DNA of 64,000 nucleotides from Anaerotignum sp. (GCF_040307045.1 NZ_JAWRKF010000005.1:56834-120833); one strand, 5' to 3'; shown: positions 19,606 to 29,919, counted from the stretch's first letter. Numbers and translations are program-made. The notes: generated by a model not told the origin, from the sequence alone.

Positions 19606-20982
19606 TTAATCCTCTACGTTTTCTGCAACCTTCATCATAATGGCACATTCCATACGCTTTTTAAACAGCTTGCAACCGTATTCATAAATACCCTGAATAC
19701 TACCAGAAGCGTGGTAGGAGTTGGCGGCACAACCTCCGGAACAGTACATCTTTGCCCAGCAATCTCTACATTCTTGTCTTGCATATGCATTACAATGGCG
19801 GAATTCATCCTGAACGTCGGTATTTTTCACACCATCCCAAATATTTCCCAAGCTGTATTTCTCATCACCAACAAATTGGTGACAAGGGAATAGTTCCCCC
19901 CAAGGGGTAACAGCCATATATTCTGTTCCCGATCCACAACCAGTAATTCTTTTATAAACGCAAGGGCCATTTGTCAAATCCAACATATAGTGATAGAATT
20001 CAAACCCGTTTCCTGCCTTCTTACGACGTATCATTTCTTTAGCCAGAATTTCATATTGTTCAAACAGCTTTGGTAAATCTTCTTCCGTTAACGCAAAGGG
20101 ATCCGATGGGTCACAAACAACTGGCTCCATACTCAATTCTGTAAAGCCCATATCAGCCATATGGAAAATATCATTGGTAAAATCTACATTGTTGTGGGTA
20201 AAAGTACCACGCATATAGTAGCCCTTTTGCCCCCTCCTTTCTACAAACTCTTTAAACTTGGGTAAAATCAAATCATAGCTACCTTCACCTGTTATGGTTT
20301 TGCGCAAATTGTCATGGACTTCTTTTCTGCCATCCAAAGATAATACAACATTGTGCATTTCTTTGTTTGCAAAATCAATGACATCATCATTAATTAAAAC
20401 TCCATTCGTTGTAAGGGTAAAACGGAATTTTTTATTATGAATTGGTTCCTGCTCCCTTGCATACGCAACCAACTGTTTGATTACATCCCAATCCATCAAA
20501 GGCTCACCACCAAAGAAGTCAACCTCCAAGTTGACTCTGCTGCCAGAATGGGCGATCAAAAAATCCAGTGCTTGTTTTCCTACCTCAAGGCTCATGAGGG
20601 CATGATCTCCCTGGTACTTACCCTGGCTTGCAAAGCAGTAACTACAATTCAAATTACAGGTATGGGCAACGTGAAGGCAAAGAGCCTTTACTACATTGCT
20701 TTTATTTTTAAAATCTATAGCCAAGTTTTCATATTCGTCCTTGGTAAATAACTTTCCCTGATCAGCTAAAGTCTGGATATCCTGGATACATAGGCAAACT
20801 TCCTCCTGTGTTACATCCCCTCTATCTGCAAACTTGGCCAAAATCTCTTTTACAATTTCATCTTTATCATGAGTTTCAAACATCTGAATAATTTCATAAG
20901 CAACCTCATCCACCACATGAACAGAGCCACTACAAGTATCTAATACAATGTTATATCCGTTTAATTTATATTGATGTACCAA
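19606..20982 (-). CDS. SCIFF radical SAM/SPASM peptide maturase (thioether-forming)
   Basis: Radical SAM cluster motif CNLNCSYC. The SPASM C-terminus is Cys-rich (CGSGTEYMAVTPWGELFPC ... CRDCWAKMYCSGGC). It lies next to a SCIFF precursor. The TTG at 20982 gives MVHQYKLNGYNIVLD, which matches typical N-termini and RBS spacing. Confidence 0.85.
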   Translation of the reverse strand: MVHQYKLNGYNIVLDTCSGSVHVVDEVAYEIIQMFETHDKDEIVKEILAKFADRGDVTQEEVCLCIQDIQTLADQGKLFTKDEYENLAIDFKNKSNVVKALCLHVAHTCNLNCSYCFASQGKYQGDHALMSLEVGKQALDFLIAHSGSRVNLEVDFFGGEPLMDWDVIKQLVAYAREQEPIHNKKFRFTLTTNGVLINDDVIDFANKEMHNVVLSLDGRKEVHDNLRKTITGEGSYDLILPKFKEFVERRGQKGYYMRGTFTHNNVDFTNDIFHMADMGFTELSMEPVVCDPSDPFALTEEDLPKLFEQYEILAKEMIRRKKAGNGFEFYHYMLDLTNGPCVYKRITGCGSGTEYMAVTPWGELFPCHQFVGDEKYSLGNIWDGVKNTDVQDEFRHCNAYARQECRDCWAKMYCSGGCAANSYHASGSIQGIYEYGCKLFKKRMECAIMMKVAENVED

Positions 20983-21044
20983 TTTTTTCAATCCTTTCTA
21001 CTGCCCAAGAGTGAAATCCCACCCTTTTACGGCACCCCCAAATA

Positions 21045-21077
21045 CGAAAAATGCCGCCTTACTGAAAAGAAGGCGGC
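21045..21077 (-). terminator. Intrinsic terminator between the SCIFF precursor and its maturase
   Basis: GCCGCCTT (21053-21060) pairs with AAGGCGGC (21070-21077) across a 9-nt loop. The minus strand then reads ATTTTTCG. Confidence 0.65.
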
Positions 21078-21102
21078 GGATTCGTTGTCAATCCTTTTGA
21101 GC

Positions 21103-21249
21103 TTACTTCTGTTTGCTCTCACAAGGCTGGTTTGCAACGCCACAGGAGGTTTTGCAAGCAGACTGGCAGGATGTCTGGCATTCGCCACAACCACCAACAG
21201 CTACGCTCTTTTTCAGGTCACGAGTTTCAATTGTTTTGATTCTCTCCAT
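21103..21249 (-). CDS. SCIFF ribosomal peptide precursor (six cysteines in forty-five residues family), 48 aa
   Basis: My own translation gives MERIKTIETRDLKKSVAVGGCGECQTSCQSACKTSCGVANQPCESKQK. GGAGATGAAACC precedes the ATG. The six Cys fall in the family-typical GGCGECQTSCQSACKTSC core. It is too short for the ORF track. Confidence 0.85.
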   Translation of the reverse strand: MERIKTIETRDLKKSVAVGGCGECQTSCQSACKTSCGVANQPCESKQK

Positions 21250-21477
21250 GGTTTCATCTCCATTCTGTTTATGAAAATTCTAATCATTCAATGCGCTTTT
21301 ATTGCCCGAAAGAGGATAACACTTCCACCAATAAACCGCTTTATACACTGAAAAAGTATATAACATCATACCCTGATTGTCAAGGCGCAACCTTAAGAAA
21401 TCAAGGATTTTCCCCTACTATAACAACTTTTTGAGGGCCTATTTTCCCCTTTACGCCATCTGATCATTTCCATCCAT

Positions 21478-22467
21478 TTATAATTCAGAAAAAAAGGTAT
21501 ATTTATTTTTTCCGCACTTAGAATAATATAGTGCTACATCTGCTTTCATTAAAAGCTGTTCATAATTACGTCCATCTTCAGGATAAACCGACACCCCTAT
21601 GCTCTTTGTCACTCCATAATCGTTATCACTACTGTCCATTAGGAGGTTTAAATACTTTATCAGATCTTCCCTTTCTTCCAAATCTTTCACCAAAATTATA
21701 AATTCGTCACCGCCAAAGCGGCCAATGGCATCTGTAGTTCTAAAAATATACTTCAAGCGCTCAGAAATCCCCCGCAAAACACGATCTCCTTCTATGTGTC
21801 CATATGTATCATTCACTTGTTTAAAGTTATCCAAATCAAATAAAATGAAATAATGTTTTTTATTGTTTTCTTTCTCCAATATTACTTTAATGCGCTCCTC
21901 CATATATTTCTTTGCATATAGCCCCGTAAAGCTATCCAAACTTGCTTTTTTTGTCAGCAATTCTGTTTTAGCCTTAATGGCACTAATGTCCGTTATGACC
22001 CCAATCATCCGTACAGGCACATTTTTTTCCATAATTGGTGAGATATCAATTTTACACCAAATAAAGTTGGTATCTCCCGCTTTCATTCTTGCCTCATAGG
22101 TAGTGGAGTGACCGGATAAAGTTTTTGCAAAAGCCTCTTCAATGACCTTCAAATCAGCAGGATGGGAAAAATAATCGGATACAGCTAATCTGTATTCATC
22201 GGGAGGAAGGATGCTAAAGGGCTGCACTTCCTTCAGAATTTTTCCCCCAGGCACCCCAAAAATATCTTCAGAATTCTCAAAAAATGTATATAACTGTCGA
22301 CGCAAATCAACTTCAAAAACACAAATTTTTCCGGATTTTAAAGCGATTGTTAGCCTTTGTTTATAGTTCCTTAGCTGTTGCAAATTCTCAGCATAATTCA
22401 TTGCACACATCACTCCCAGTAAATCCACTCTGCTACTTAATCCCAACTTCATTCTATCGATAAACAA
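21478..22467 (-). CDS. PAS-GGDEF diguanylate cyclase
   Basis: GGDEF active site RFGGDEFIIL with an RxxD I-site (RTTD) 5 residues upstream. The N-terminal region is PAS-like. The true start is uncertain (MKLG or MNYAEN are possible). Confidence 0.85.
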   Translation of the reverse strand: MFIDRMKLGLSSRVDLLGVMCAMNYAENLQQLRNYKQRLTIALKSGKICVFEVDLRRQLYTFFENSEDIFGVPGGKILKEVQPFSILPPDEYRLAVSDYFSHPADLKVIEEAFAKTLSGHSTTYEARMKAGDTNFIWCKIDISPIMEKNVPVRMIGVITDISAIKAKTELLTKKASLDSFTGLYAKKYMEERIKVILEKENNKKHYFILFDLDNFKQVNDTYGHIEGDRVLRGISERLKYIFRTTDAIGRFGGDEFIILVKDLEEREDLIKYLNLLMDSSDNDYGVTKSIGVSVYPEDGRNYEQLLMKADVALYYSKCGKNKYTFFSEL

Positions 22468-22522
22468 CTAAAAAAACAAGAAAAGGTAGTGATAAATTTA
22501 ATTTTTAATAATAACAAAGTGT

Positions 22523-22552
22523 ATTATATTAACCTGGCTTGACACGTATCAA
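22523..22552 (-). promoter_or_regulatory. Candidate promoter of the GGDEF gene
   Basis: On the minus strand: TTGATA (22552-22547), 18-nt spacer, TATAAT (22528-22523). Confidence 0.4.
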
Positions 22553-22670
22553 CTTGACATACATTTGTAATTTTTTTATATGGTTTTGGCTATATAAGGG
22601 CAATGCAAAATTTATACCAGCCCAAAATCAAAATGGTTATTCCTCTCTACCTTTAAACGTAGGAACCCTC

Positions 22671-23456
22671 TCACCCCAACGCTACATCCAATATCATCAT
22701 CAGAGCGAATCCTACCGCTACGCCCACTGTTCCTATATTAGAGTGCTCTCCCTCTTGTGCCTCAGGAATCAGCTCTTCAACAACAACATAAATCATTGCA
22801 CCTGCGGCAAAAGCAAGGAAATAGGGAAGTAAAGGTACCACCTGTTCCGCCAAAAGAATAGTAACTACCGCACCCATTGGCTCCACAATCCCAGATGCAG
22901 CTCCATATAAAAATGCTTTTTTCTTACTCATCCCTTCGCTTTGAAGGGGCATAGATATAATTGCACCCTCAGGAAAATTTTGTATAGCAATTCCCAATGC
23001 TAGGGCAAATGCCCCCATGAAAGTAATTCCGGAATTTCCCATCAAAGCACCGGCAAATGAAACACCCACTGCCATGCCTTCGGGTAAATTATGCAAAGCT
23101 ACTGCCAAAATAAGCATAGATGATTTTGATAGCTTACTGGGTATTCCTTCAGGTTTTTGGCTATTCTGATGTAAGTGGGGAATCCACGTATCAAGTGCTA
23201 ATAAAAATATGATACCAAGCATAAACCCTATAACGGCGGGTAACCACGACAATCTTCCCAATCCTTCTGATAAGTCCAATGCAGGAATTAATAAAGACCA
23301 TACCGATGCGGCAATCATAACCCCTGCAGCAAAACCTAGAAGCATTTTCCTGATTTTACGATTCATCTCACCTTTCATAAAGAACACCATACTTGCCCCT
23401 AACGTGGTACCAATAAAGGGTGTTAACAAAATCATAGCTTCTTTCATAAAAATCAC
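22671..23456 (-). CDS. zupT: ZIP-family divalent metal (zinc) transporter
   Basis: Polytopic protein with ZIP signatures HNLPEGMAVG and QNFPEGAII. Confidence 0.85.
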   Translation of the reverse strand: MIFMKEAMILLTPFIGTTLGASMVFFMKGEMNRKIRKMLLGFAAGVMIAASVWSLLIPALDLSEGLGRLSWLPAVIGFMLGIIFLLALDTWIPHLHQNSQKPEGIPSKLSKSSMLILAVALHNLPEGMAVGVSFAGALMGNSGITFMGAFALALGIAIQNFPEGAIISMPLQSEGMSKKKAFLYGAASGIVEPMGAVVTILLAEQVVPLLPYFLAFAAGAMIYVVVEELIPEAQEGEHSNIGTVGVAVGFALMMILDVALG

Positions 23457-24337
23457 CTCTTTTTATCTTTTTACTTTTATCAATTTTCTACCGTCAAAAC
23501 AAGGGTATTTTCTTCCGCTTTAATAAAAATGTTCCATACTAAAATGCTATTTGCATATTCACTCTTATCTGGCTTCCTGGGTGACATCCAACGCAGACAA
23601 TGTTGCTTTGCACTCTTATGCAAAGTGACCTTCTGGGGGGTAACTGGGTAAACCAACTGGTAAATCTCAACTCTTTCATATTCCTCTTATTATGTCTCTG
23701 TTTCCAACTTTTTACGACACAACAAAAAATTTGTCTTTCATTGTACAACATTCATCCCATTGGCTGCCTATTGCTACTTTCAAAATATCCTATGTAATCT
23801 CTTGTTGAACATAAATTAGCATAGTAATATTTTCTCTCAGGCTTTGTAAAACAAATTAGTAATAAATTCCGTATTTATTTTTTATCAAAACAGTTTACAC
23901 TCAGCAGTCATATTTGAATGATGAGCTCCATCTTGCCCTTAACCGATCGTTATAACTTTTCCTAGTGAATATGTGAAAATAAAGCTCCATCTGGTTATTT
24001 ATAAACCAATAATTAGATGCAACCTGATTTCACCCTTTTGCATTTCTGCGTTCTTTTTCATGCCGAAGTATCGTTTTGTTCATAAGCATTTTTTATAAAT
24101 AGTAAAATTGAACCTTTGAACTTGTAACCAATAAAACGTATTTATCATAGTTTTGATACATTTTGTTTGAGCTACTTGCCAATTTTAAAATGTACTTGGT
24201 ACCCTTCCGCTTTCTATAAACTCCAACTCGCTCATATCGTCCTTTCCTTTCGTGGCATACAAAAAATCTTTGCCACGATTATATCATACAAAAAGAAAAA
24301 AAGTATAGTCTAAGCAAAGCTCAAACCATACTTTTAA

Positions 24338-24411
24338 TGTCCCTGACTGGAGTCGAACCAGCGGCCTTTCGCTTAGGAGGCGAACGCTCTATCCTACTGA
24401 GCTACAGAGAC
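24338..24411 (-). tRNA. tRNA-Arg (anticodon CCT)
   Basis: The reverse complement is GTCTCTGTAGCTCAGTAGGATAGAGCGTTCGCCTCCTAAGCGAAAGGCCGCTGGTTCGACTCCAGTCAGGGACA. It folds as a cloverleaf: acceptor GTCTCTG/CAGGGAC, anticodon stem TTCGC/GCGAA with loop CTCCTAA, T-arm GCTGG-TTCGACT-CCAGT. No CCA is encoded. Confidence 0.9.
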
Positions 24412-24506
24412 GTTTTTAATAGATTGATGTTGAAACTCCTGAAATAAAAACAAAATCCAGAAATTTTAAATTTCTAAAAACAATCCTTCTCTATTTTATG
24501 CGTATC

Positions 24507-24542
24507 CCCTGTTACAGTCAAGTAATTTATACTGCAACAGGG
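24507..24542. terminator. Hairpin between glmM and the tRNA (possible weak terminator or processing structure)
   Basis: CCCTGTTACAGT (24507-24518) pairs with ACTGCAACAGGG (24531-24542) at 11/12. The U-tract is good only on the plus strand. Confidence 0.35.
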
Positions 24543-24550
24543 AAATTTTT

Positions 24551-25900
24551 TTATTGAAGTTTATCTTCGATAAATGATGCTAGCTTTTTGGCTTCCCGTT
24601 CCATGGCTTCTTTATCCTTACCCTCGATCATCACACGTACCAAAGGCTCTGTGCCCGAAGTACGGATCAACACCCTTCCATCGGCAGAAAACTTTTCCTG
24701 CAATTCCTCAATTGCATTTTTTATCTCAGGTACATCCATATATTCATTCTTGCGGGCATTATTTACTCGGGCATTTACTAAAACCTGGGGCATAATTTCC
24801 ATAACCTCAGCTAATTCTGATGCTTTTTTCCCTGTGCGTTTCATGACTGCCAAAAGCTGAATAGCTGTTAGAATACCATCGCCCGTCGAATTATAGTCAA
24901 GGAAGATAATATGGCCCGATTGCTCTCCACCCAAGTTATAACCTTCTGCCAACATACGCTCTAGTACATATCTATCCCCCACATTAGCCTGCAATATAGA
25001 AATATTATTCTCACGCCCCATGATGGTTAACCCAAGGTTAGACATAACAGTGCCCACAATGGTATTGTTTTTTAACTCACCCTTTGCTTTCATTTCACAT
25101 CCACAAATTGCAAGAATTTTGTCTCCATCAATCAATTCACCGTTTTCGTCCACAGCTAAGCAGCGGTCCGCATCCCCATCAAAGGCAAAGCCAATATCAG
25201 CATTGTTTTCTTTTACAAATGCAACTAGATCCTCCATATGGGTTGATCCGCATTTTTCATTAATGTTTGTTCCATCTGGCTCATTATGGATAATGCAAAG
25301 CTCCGCACCCAAGTCCAACATTGTGATGGGCGCCGCTTTATAAGATGCCCCATTTGCGCAATCTAAGGCTACTTTAATTCCTTGAAACCGCTCCTGCGTA
25401 GCACCTCTTAAAAACCCAATGTAATCATCTAAGGCTTCTTCCGCATAAGACTTTGTGCCAATGCCACTACCTGTTGGGCAGGGTAGCACTTCTGTGCGAC
25501 TAAGCAAAATATCTTCTATTTCATCTTCCAGCTCATCACTTAGTTTATAGCCTTGGCTACTAAAAAATTTAATCCCATTATATTCTACAGGGTTGTGGGA
25601 TGCAGAAATCATAACCCCTGCATCCAAACGGTAATGACGCACCAAATATGCCACCGCAGGTGTAGGTATTACCCCTGCAATTACAGCATGAGCACCAACT
25701 GAACAAATTCCTGCAACCAATGCAGATTCTAACATATCTCCACTGATACGTGTATCCATGGCTACCAAAATTCTAGGAGCATGTTTTTTCTCTTTGGTTA
25801 AAACATATGCTCCCGCACGACCCAACTGATATGCCATCTCCCCGGTCAACTCCGTGTTGGCAACGCCCCTTACACCATCAGTACCAAATAATTTTCCCAT
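24551..25900 (-). CDS. glmM: Phosphoglucosamine mutase
   Basis: MGKLFGTDGVRGVAN N-terminus, active-site ISASHNP, and FDGDADR. It follows cdaA-cdaR as in other Firmicutes. Confidence 0.92.
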   Translation of the reverse strand: MGKLFGTDGVRGVANTELTGEMAYQLGRAGAYVLTKEKKHAPRILVAMDTRISGDMLESALVAGICSVGAHAVIAGVIPTPAVAYLVRHYRLDAGVMISASHNPVEYNGIKFFSSQGYKLSDELEDEIEDILLSRTEVLPCPTGSGIGTKSYAEEALDDYIGFLRGATQERFQGIKVALDCANGASYKAAPITMLDLGAELCIIHNEPDGTNINEKCGSTHMEDLVAFVKENNADIGFAFDGDADRCLAVDENGELIDGDKILAICGCEMKAKGELKNNTIVGTVMSNLGLTIMGRENNISILQANVGDRYVLERMLAEGYNLGGEQSGHIIFLDYNSTGDGILTAIQLLAVMKRTGKKASELAEVMEIMPQVLVNARVNNARKNEYMDVPEIKNAIEELQEKFSADGRVLIRTSGTEPLVRVMIEGKDKEAMEREAKKLASFIEDKLQ

Positions 25901-25920
25901 TTTTCATTTTCCTCCAACCA

Positions 25921-27192
25921 TTACGACTCATTATCAGGCATAGTCGAATCTTCCGTGATAATCACATCAATGTAAGCATATCCAGCTGTTACCCCTTCTG
26001 GCAATTCAAGTTGGATAGGAACCTTATGATGCCCTACAGAAAGGCCACTGACATCAACAATGCCCGACAAAGCACCTTCATTTATACTATCTAATACTGT
26101 TACATCACCAGTAATCGTAACTTTTACACTACCACTGATTGCATAACTCTTTCCGCTATCTCCCCCAGTTACAACCAACTGATCCGAATGAACAGCTATT
26201 TCACGGTTATTTACACCCATAATTTGCACATTCACCTGAATTGTCAAATTGTTTGTATCCTTTGGTATTACGCCATTAGGCAGATAATCTTTAACAGCAT
26301 AGCTCTTTCGCACATTGCCACTACTACCCGAAATATCGATATCAGGAAGTTGTAAAAACATGAGTTCAGACAACAACTCAGGCGTACCAATTACTTCTAA
26401 ATTTTGGGGTGTGCTTACCGTATCCCCTAGCACATATCCCTCAGCAGGTGTCCCTGAAATATTCACTTTAATTGGAATTGTCTTTGCATTCAGAGAATTA
26501 TATGTTACCGTAATATCAGAAACACTTAGTTTTACGCCCTTTACTGCAGTGCCGTTTACATCATAGGCAACAAGTTTTGCCCCAAGCTGCACACTTCCTA
26601 CAACATCCTGGGCATTAATTCCAGCCCGCACTGCCACAACCTGCTCAACTGCCGATGCAGGTCCTGTCACTCTAACGGTTTCTGTGCTTAACAGTGGGCT
26701 TGCATATATAGCATCTTTAGGTAATTCTCCGCTAATGACAACTTCAATGGGAAGTTCCTTGCTAGCCACCCTCTCTATATAAACATCCACAGTTGTGGGA
26801 ACTTTGCTTACAATATTGTATCCAGTATACCCACCTATCATTTCAACGTCCACAGGCAACGATACCTTATCTCCATCCATGGCGTTACCTAAGCCCGATA
26901 AGTCTACGGATACCTGTAACCATTCATTAGATTGATTTAAGCGATCTAACGCTGTTCTTTGGGCTTTAATTTTAATGCTTACCTTCGTGGAGGTTAGCTC
27001 ACCCGCATTTCTCACCGTCAGCCCTCGGTCTGTTAATACATCCATATTTTCAAGTGTTATATATTTGGAATAGGTTCTAGTATCAATGGGCTGATTGATA
27101 TTAATTACCATAAACCACATAATGATGGCAATGGCAATAGATAGCAGTTTCCACCCCAAATCCTTCATCAGCATTTCTTGAAACTTCTTCAT
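25921..27192 (-). CDS. cdaR: YbbR-domain protein (CdaA regulator CdaR)
   Basis: N-terminal TM helix followed by repeated YbbR-like beta-rich modules. It overlaps the cdaA stop. Confidence 0.8.
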   Translation of the reverse strand: MKKFQEMLMKDLGWKLLSIAIAIIMWFMVININQPIDTRTYSKYITLENMDVLTDRGLTVRNAGELTSTKVSIKIKAQRTALDRLNQSNEWLQVSVDLSGLGNAMDGDKVSLPVDVEMIGGYTGYNIVSKVPTTVDVYIERVASKELPIEVVISGELPKDAIYASPLLSTETVRVTGPASAVEQVVAVRAGINAQDVVGSVQLGAKLVAYDVNGTAVKGVKLSVSDITVTYNSLNAKTIPIKVNISGTPAEGYVLGDTVSTPQNLEVIGTPELLSELMFLQLPDIDISGSSGNVRKSYAVKDYLPNGVIPKDTNNLTIQVNVQIMGVNNREIAVHSDQLVVTGGDSGKSYAISGSVKVTITGDVTVLDSINEGALSGIVDVSGLSVGHHKVPIQLELPEGVTAGYAYIDVIITEDSTMPDNES

Positions 27193-28043
27193 TTATCCTG
27201 CCTTCCTTTCCAAAAAGAGAGTTTCTTTTTTCCTACTTTCTTGGTTTGTGAAAGCATAGTTCTTAGTTGCTCTGCAGTCAAATCACGGTAAAGCACACCA
27301 CCCCTAGCCACAGAAATAGAACCCGTTTCTTCAGACACAACAATGACATAAGCATCCGATACCTCACTTGCGCCAATGGCCGCCCTGTGTCTGGTACCCA
27401 ACTCCATGCTGATTTCATTGCTGTCTGTTAGGGGCAAAAAGCAAGTTGCTGCTGCCACACGGTTTCTTCGGATGATAACTGCACCATCATGTAAAGGTGT
27501 GTTGTGCTCAAAAATATTAATTAGAAGCTGACTTGAAATTGCCGCATCAATAGGGATACCCGTTCTTTCTAAATCCCCCAAGGGCACCTCTTGCTCAATC
27601 AAGATCAAAGCCCCTGTCTTAGCGGCACCCATCTTATCTGCAGCTTTAATAATCTCATCCACAGTACGGGAAGAAGCCTTCTGGCTCTCTTCTTCCTCTG
27701 TTCGCATAAAATACGAAAAAAATTGACCTTTTCCCAATTGTTCCAACGCTTTTCTTAGCTCAGGCTGGAACACAACGATAACCGCAATAATACCAACAGA
27801 GATGGTATTGGATAATATCCAAAGAATTGTATTTAGCTGCAAAATGGTTGCAACCGCTGCCAAAGCAAGAATCACCAAAATACCTTTAAATAAAACCCAA
27901 GCCCTAGTCTCCTTAATCCAGAAAATGATTTTATAAATAATATAGGCAACAATCAGAATATCCAAAATATCAGAAAATCCAACGGATGGCCGAACAAAGC
28001 CTGTTACCCCTAAATTGTCCAAAAAATTTTTCATCGCATCCAT
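27189..28043 (-). CDS. cdaA: Diadenylate cyclase (c-di-AMP synthase)
   Basis: Three N-terminal TM helices. DAC domain motifs are GALILIE, TPLHDGAVII and GTRHRAA. The ATG at 28043 (or 28034) is preferred over the track start. Confidence 0.9.
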   Translation of the reverse strand: MDAMKNFLDNLGVTGFVRPSVGFSDILDILIVAYIIYKIIFWIKETRAWVLFKGILVILALAAVATILQLNTILWILSNTISVGIIAVIVVFQPELRKALEQLGKGQFFSYFMRTEEEESQKASSRTVDEIIKAADKMGAAKTGALILIEQEVPLGDLERTGIPIDAAISSQLLINIFEHNTPLHDGAVIIRRNRVAAATCFLPLTDSNEISMELGTRHRAAIGASEVSDAYVIVVSEETGSISVARGGVLYRDLTAEQLRTMLSQTKKVGKKKLSFWKGRQDK

Positions 28044-28359
28044 AAAACACACCCTATCCCTTAGAAATGTGACATTCCTTCCAATCAAAAATATAGCTTA
28101 TCATTATATAACAACATAATACCATAGTTTTGTCAAAAACAGAGGAAATTTGCGTGCCTTTGTTAAAAAATCTTTCTGTTTTTCCCTTCCTTTGATATCA
28201 TCAGGAAAACTGAAACCTTGCTTCCCGCTTTCCTATGATTGGTATACATTATAACATAAACCAAAATGAATTGTTATAAAAAGTCTATGAAAAAAAACCC
28301 TATATAATCAATTATAGCAAAAATACTTATGTCGATGCAAAAAACAGCAATGACAAAAT

Positions 28360-28400
28360 AAAAAAGCACAGAAATCCTTATAAATTAGATTTCCGTGCTT
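28360..28400 (-). terminator. Intrinsic terminator of lysS
   Basis: On the minus strand: AAGCACGGAAATC-loop-GATTTCTGTGCTT followed by TTTTATTTT. Confidence 0.6.
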
Positions 28401-28416
28401 CATCTTCCACATTTTT

Positions 28417-29919
28417 TTAGAGCGGTCTCATGGTCGGGAATAAAATGACATCCCTAATCGAAACGGATTCTGTCAATAACATAACAAAACGGTCAATACC
28501 TACACCCAAACCACCAGTAGGAGGCATACCGTATTCCAGTGCCGTTAAGAAGTCCTCATCAATCATGTTTGCTTCATCATCCCCAGCTGCACGCAGCATT
28601 TCCTGATATTCAAAACGTCCACGCTGGTCAATAGGGTCATTTAACTCGGAGTATGCATTTGCATATTCTCTACCTACGATAAACAACTCGAAACGGTCTG
28701 TATACTCAGGGTTTTCAGGCTTTCTCTTAGACAAAGGAGAAATCTCAACAGGGTAGTCAATTACAAAAGTAGGCTGAATTAGGTTCTTTTCAACAAATTC
28801 TTCAAAGAATAGAGACAAAATATCTCCTTTTGCATGACGATCTTCAAACTGAATATGGCGTTCTTTCGCCAAAGCTTTAGCTTCTTCTGTATTCTTTACT
28901 GCATCAAAATCTACCCCAGCATATTCCTTAACCAACTCAACCATTGTCTTTCTTTGGAAGGGCTGACCCAAATCTAAGTCATGACCACCATACTGAATTT
29001 TGGTTGTGCCTAATACGTTTTCTGCAACCGTACGAAACATATCCTCTGTAATATCCATCATGCCATTATAGTCTGTGTATGCCTGATACAATTCCATCAA
29101 AGTGAATTCAGGATTATGTCTTACAGAAATACCCTCATTACGGAATACACGGCCAATTTCGTATACTCTTTCAAAGCCGCCCACAATCAGACGCTTCAAA
29201 GGCAATTCCAACGCAATACGACAATACATATCAATGTCCAAAGTGTTGTGGTGTGTGATAAAAGGTCTTGCAGAAGCACCACCTGCAATGGTCTGTAAAA
29301 CAGGTGTTTCCACTTCTAAAAAGCCTCTACCATCCAAAAATCTTCTGATTTCGCTGATGATTTTAGAACGTTTAATAAACGTATCTCTAACCTCAGGGTT
29401 TACGATTAAGTCCATATATCTTTGACGATAGCGCAATTCCTGATCTTTTAAACCATGAAATTTTTCTGGCAGAACCTGTAAGCTTTTAGTCAACAGCGTA
29501 ACTTCTTTCGCATGTACAGATATTTCCCCTGTTTTTGTGCGGAAAACAAAGCCTTTGATACCAACAATATCACCAATATCAAACTTTTTAAATGCCGCAT
29601 ATTCCTCATCACCAATATCATTACGGCTCACATAAGACTGAATAACTCCGTTGCGATCCTGAATATTGCAAAATGATGCTTTACCCATAATACGTTTACT
29701 CATCAAACGACCAGCAATTGCCACATCTTTGCCCTCTAAATCCTCAAACCCATTTCTTACTTCATCACTATGATGAGTCATGTCAAATTTTACAATTTCA
29801 AAGGGATTCTTGCCTTCCGCCTGCAATTGTGCCAGCTTATCGCGACGGATAAGGATTTGCTCACTCAGCTCTTGCTGGGTTAGTTCCTTTTCCTGTGCGT
29901 TTTCATTCTGCTCTGCCAC
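28417..29919 (-). CDS. lysS: Lysine--tRNA ligase, class II
   Basis: Class II LysRS motifs are present ([30 protein letters not shown]). The GTG at 29919 after GGAGGAAAGAAC gives about 500 aa. The track N-terminal extension has no RBS. Confidence 0.92.
   Translation of the reverse strand: MAEQNENAQEKELTQQELSEQILIRRDKLAQLQAEGKNPFEIVKFDMTHHSDEVRNGFEDLEGKDVAIAGRLMSKRIMGKASFCNIQDRNGVIQSYVSRNDIGDEEYAAFKKFDIGDIVGIKGFVFRTKTGEISVHAKEVTLLTKSLQVLPEKFHGLKDQELRYRQRYMDLIVNPEVRDTFIKRSKIISEIRRFLDGRGFLEVETPVLQTIAGGASARPFITHHNTLDIDMYCRIALELPLKRLIVGGFERVYEIGRVFRNEGISVRHNPEFTLMELYQAYTDYNGMMDITEDMFRTVAENVLGTTKIQYGGHDLDLGQPFQRKTMVELVKEYAGVDFDAVKNTEEAKALAKERHIQFEDRHAKGDILSLFFEEFVEKNLIQPTFVIDYPVEISPLSKRKPENPEYTDRFELFIVGREYANAYSELNDPIDQRGRFEYQEMLRAAGDDEANMIDEDFLTALEYGMPPTGGLGVGIDRFVMLLTESVSIRDVILFPTMRPL

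Noticed and set aside
20971-21351. 126-aa plus-strand ORF in the track
   Set aside because: It is antisense to the SCIFF precursor gene and its terminator. Its Cys/Ala-rich translation is simply the mirror of the SCIFF coding sequence.
22539-22832. 97-aa plus-strand ORF and other small intergenic ORFs (23539-23751, 23600-23797, 48767-48964, 44035-44247, 10986-11216)
   Set aside because: They have no RBS, compositionally odd translations, and overlap promoters, terminators or DnaA boxes of neighbouring genes.
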